Shown here: positions 31,563 through 32,000 of the stretch, piece by piece
Layout: each line of letters begins with the position of its first letter
Numbering within the stretch: the stretch's first letter is position 1
Assembly (NCBI GenBank): GCA_964528445.1
Contig: CAZGSL010000001.1
Coordinates: 82,530-114,529, forward strand
DNA length: 32,000 nucleotides
Direction: 5' to 3'
Source of the DNA: an uncultured Balneolaceae bacterium
GTDB taxonomy: Bacteria; Bacteroidota; Rhodothermia; Balneolales; Balneolaceae
Notes under the pieces: generated by a model
The model's input: only the letters and a program-made list of their open reading frames with translations
What the model was told of the DNA's origin: nothing
The model's database searches: none
Made by a program: the position numbers and the translations under genes

Positions 31563-32000
31563 ATGGCTAGAGACGAGAAAAAGGGACCCGGGGCAGAAAA
31601 GAAGGAATCCACCGAAAAAAGTTCCGGGCAGCAGGAGGAGAAAGGTAAAATATTTAGCAGGTATGGAAAAATTTTCCTCATACTGGCGGTCATGCTCGGC
31701 CAGTCGGGGGGCGCCTACGCAATTATCAATACCTATTACGATCAGATCCACAGCTGGGTCAGGAGTATGCAGACCCGGGGCGGGGTCTACCACAACTTTG
31801 AAGACATCATTATAAACCCGGCGAATTCCGGGGGAGAACGCTACCTGATCCTCAGTGTGTCCGTAGAAATGCAGTCTGAGAGCGATCAGGCCAGGCTGGA
31901 GCAGAACCAGGTGCGCATTATCGACCAGATCAACCAGATCCTCTCCAAGCGTACGGCGGACGAACTGGTCAACCTTCAGACCCGCAAGGAGATCAAAAGG
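31563..32000 (+). CDS. fliL: flagellar basal body-associated protein FliL (3' end outside the window)
   Basis: I translated this myself from the ATG at 31563, because the ORF is open to the window end and is absent from the ORF track. The translation is MARDEKKGPGAEKK...IFLILAVMLGQSGGAYAII (single TM) ...FEDIIINPANSGGERYLILSVSVEMQSE...NQVRIIDQINQILSKRTADEL. The pattern and the position after motB fit FliL. Confidence 0.75.
   Translation, partial: MARDEKKGPGAEKKESTEKSSGQQEEKGKIFSRYGKIFLILAVMLGQSGGAYAIINTYYDQIHSWVRSMQTRGGVYHNFEDIIINPANSGGERYLILSVSVEMQSESDQARLEQNQVRIIDQINQILSKRTADELVNLQTRKEIKR

Noticed and set aside
1-32000. Search for CRISPR arrays, tRNA/rRNA genes, integrases or transposases, toxin-antitoxin pairs and known defence-system signatures
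   Set aside because: Reading both strands, I recognised no spaced direct repeats, no cloverleaf-like or rRNA-like segments and no recombinase or nuclease-type ORFs. The window looks like core chromosome plus the flagellar locus.

Overview
GC-rich bacterial chromosomal segment (GC judged by eye, not computed). There are no rRNA or tRNA genes, CRISPR arrays, transposases or integrases. Coding density is high, and many adjacent genes overlap by ATGA/TAATG-type junctions.

Left part, 1-17.1 kb: housekeeping and envelope genes.
- The 3' end of a 2-oxoacid dehydrogenase E2 gene, then panC-panD.
- A three-gene MacA-like adaptor / FtsX-type permease / TolC efflux operon with no ATPase gene.
- A Tat-signal Gfo/Idh/MocA oxidoreductase.
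- On the minus strand: an M20 dipeptidase, a BatC/BatD/BatE-like aerotolerance cluster, and yebC.
- bshA on the plus strand, then sucC and a soluble PAS histidine kinase on the minus strand.

Right part, 17.5-32 kb: the start of one long, tightly coupled plus-strand flagellar operon. The order is flgB-flgC-(75-aa ORF)-fliE-fliF-fliG-fliH-fliI-fliJ-(FlbB/YlxF-like)-fliK-flgD-(TIGR02530-like)-flgE-motA-motB-fliL, and it runs off the window. A near-consensus sigma-54 promoter sits just upstream of flgB.

Bat proteins, bacillithiol synthesis, a Tat-exported Gfo/Idh/MocA enzyme and flagella together suggest an FCB-group lineage (Rhodothermota/Balneolota-like). That is inference only.

I do not see a convincing new multi-gene system such as a defence island. 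The observations most worth follow-up are:
- the sigma-54 promoter with a divergent soluble kinase next to a Firmicute/spirochete-style operon;
- an uncharacterised 75-aa ORF wedged between flgC and fliE;
- a 768-aa FliK with about 560 residues of low complexity;
- a perfect 24-bp-arm palindromic element flanked by direct repeats after the TolC gene;
- a Met/Gln-rich tail on the efflux adaptor.
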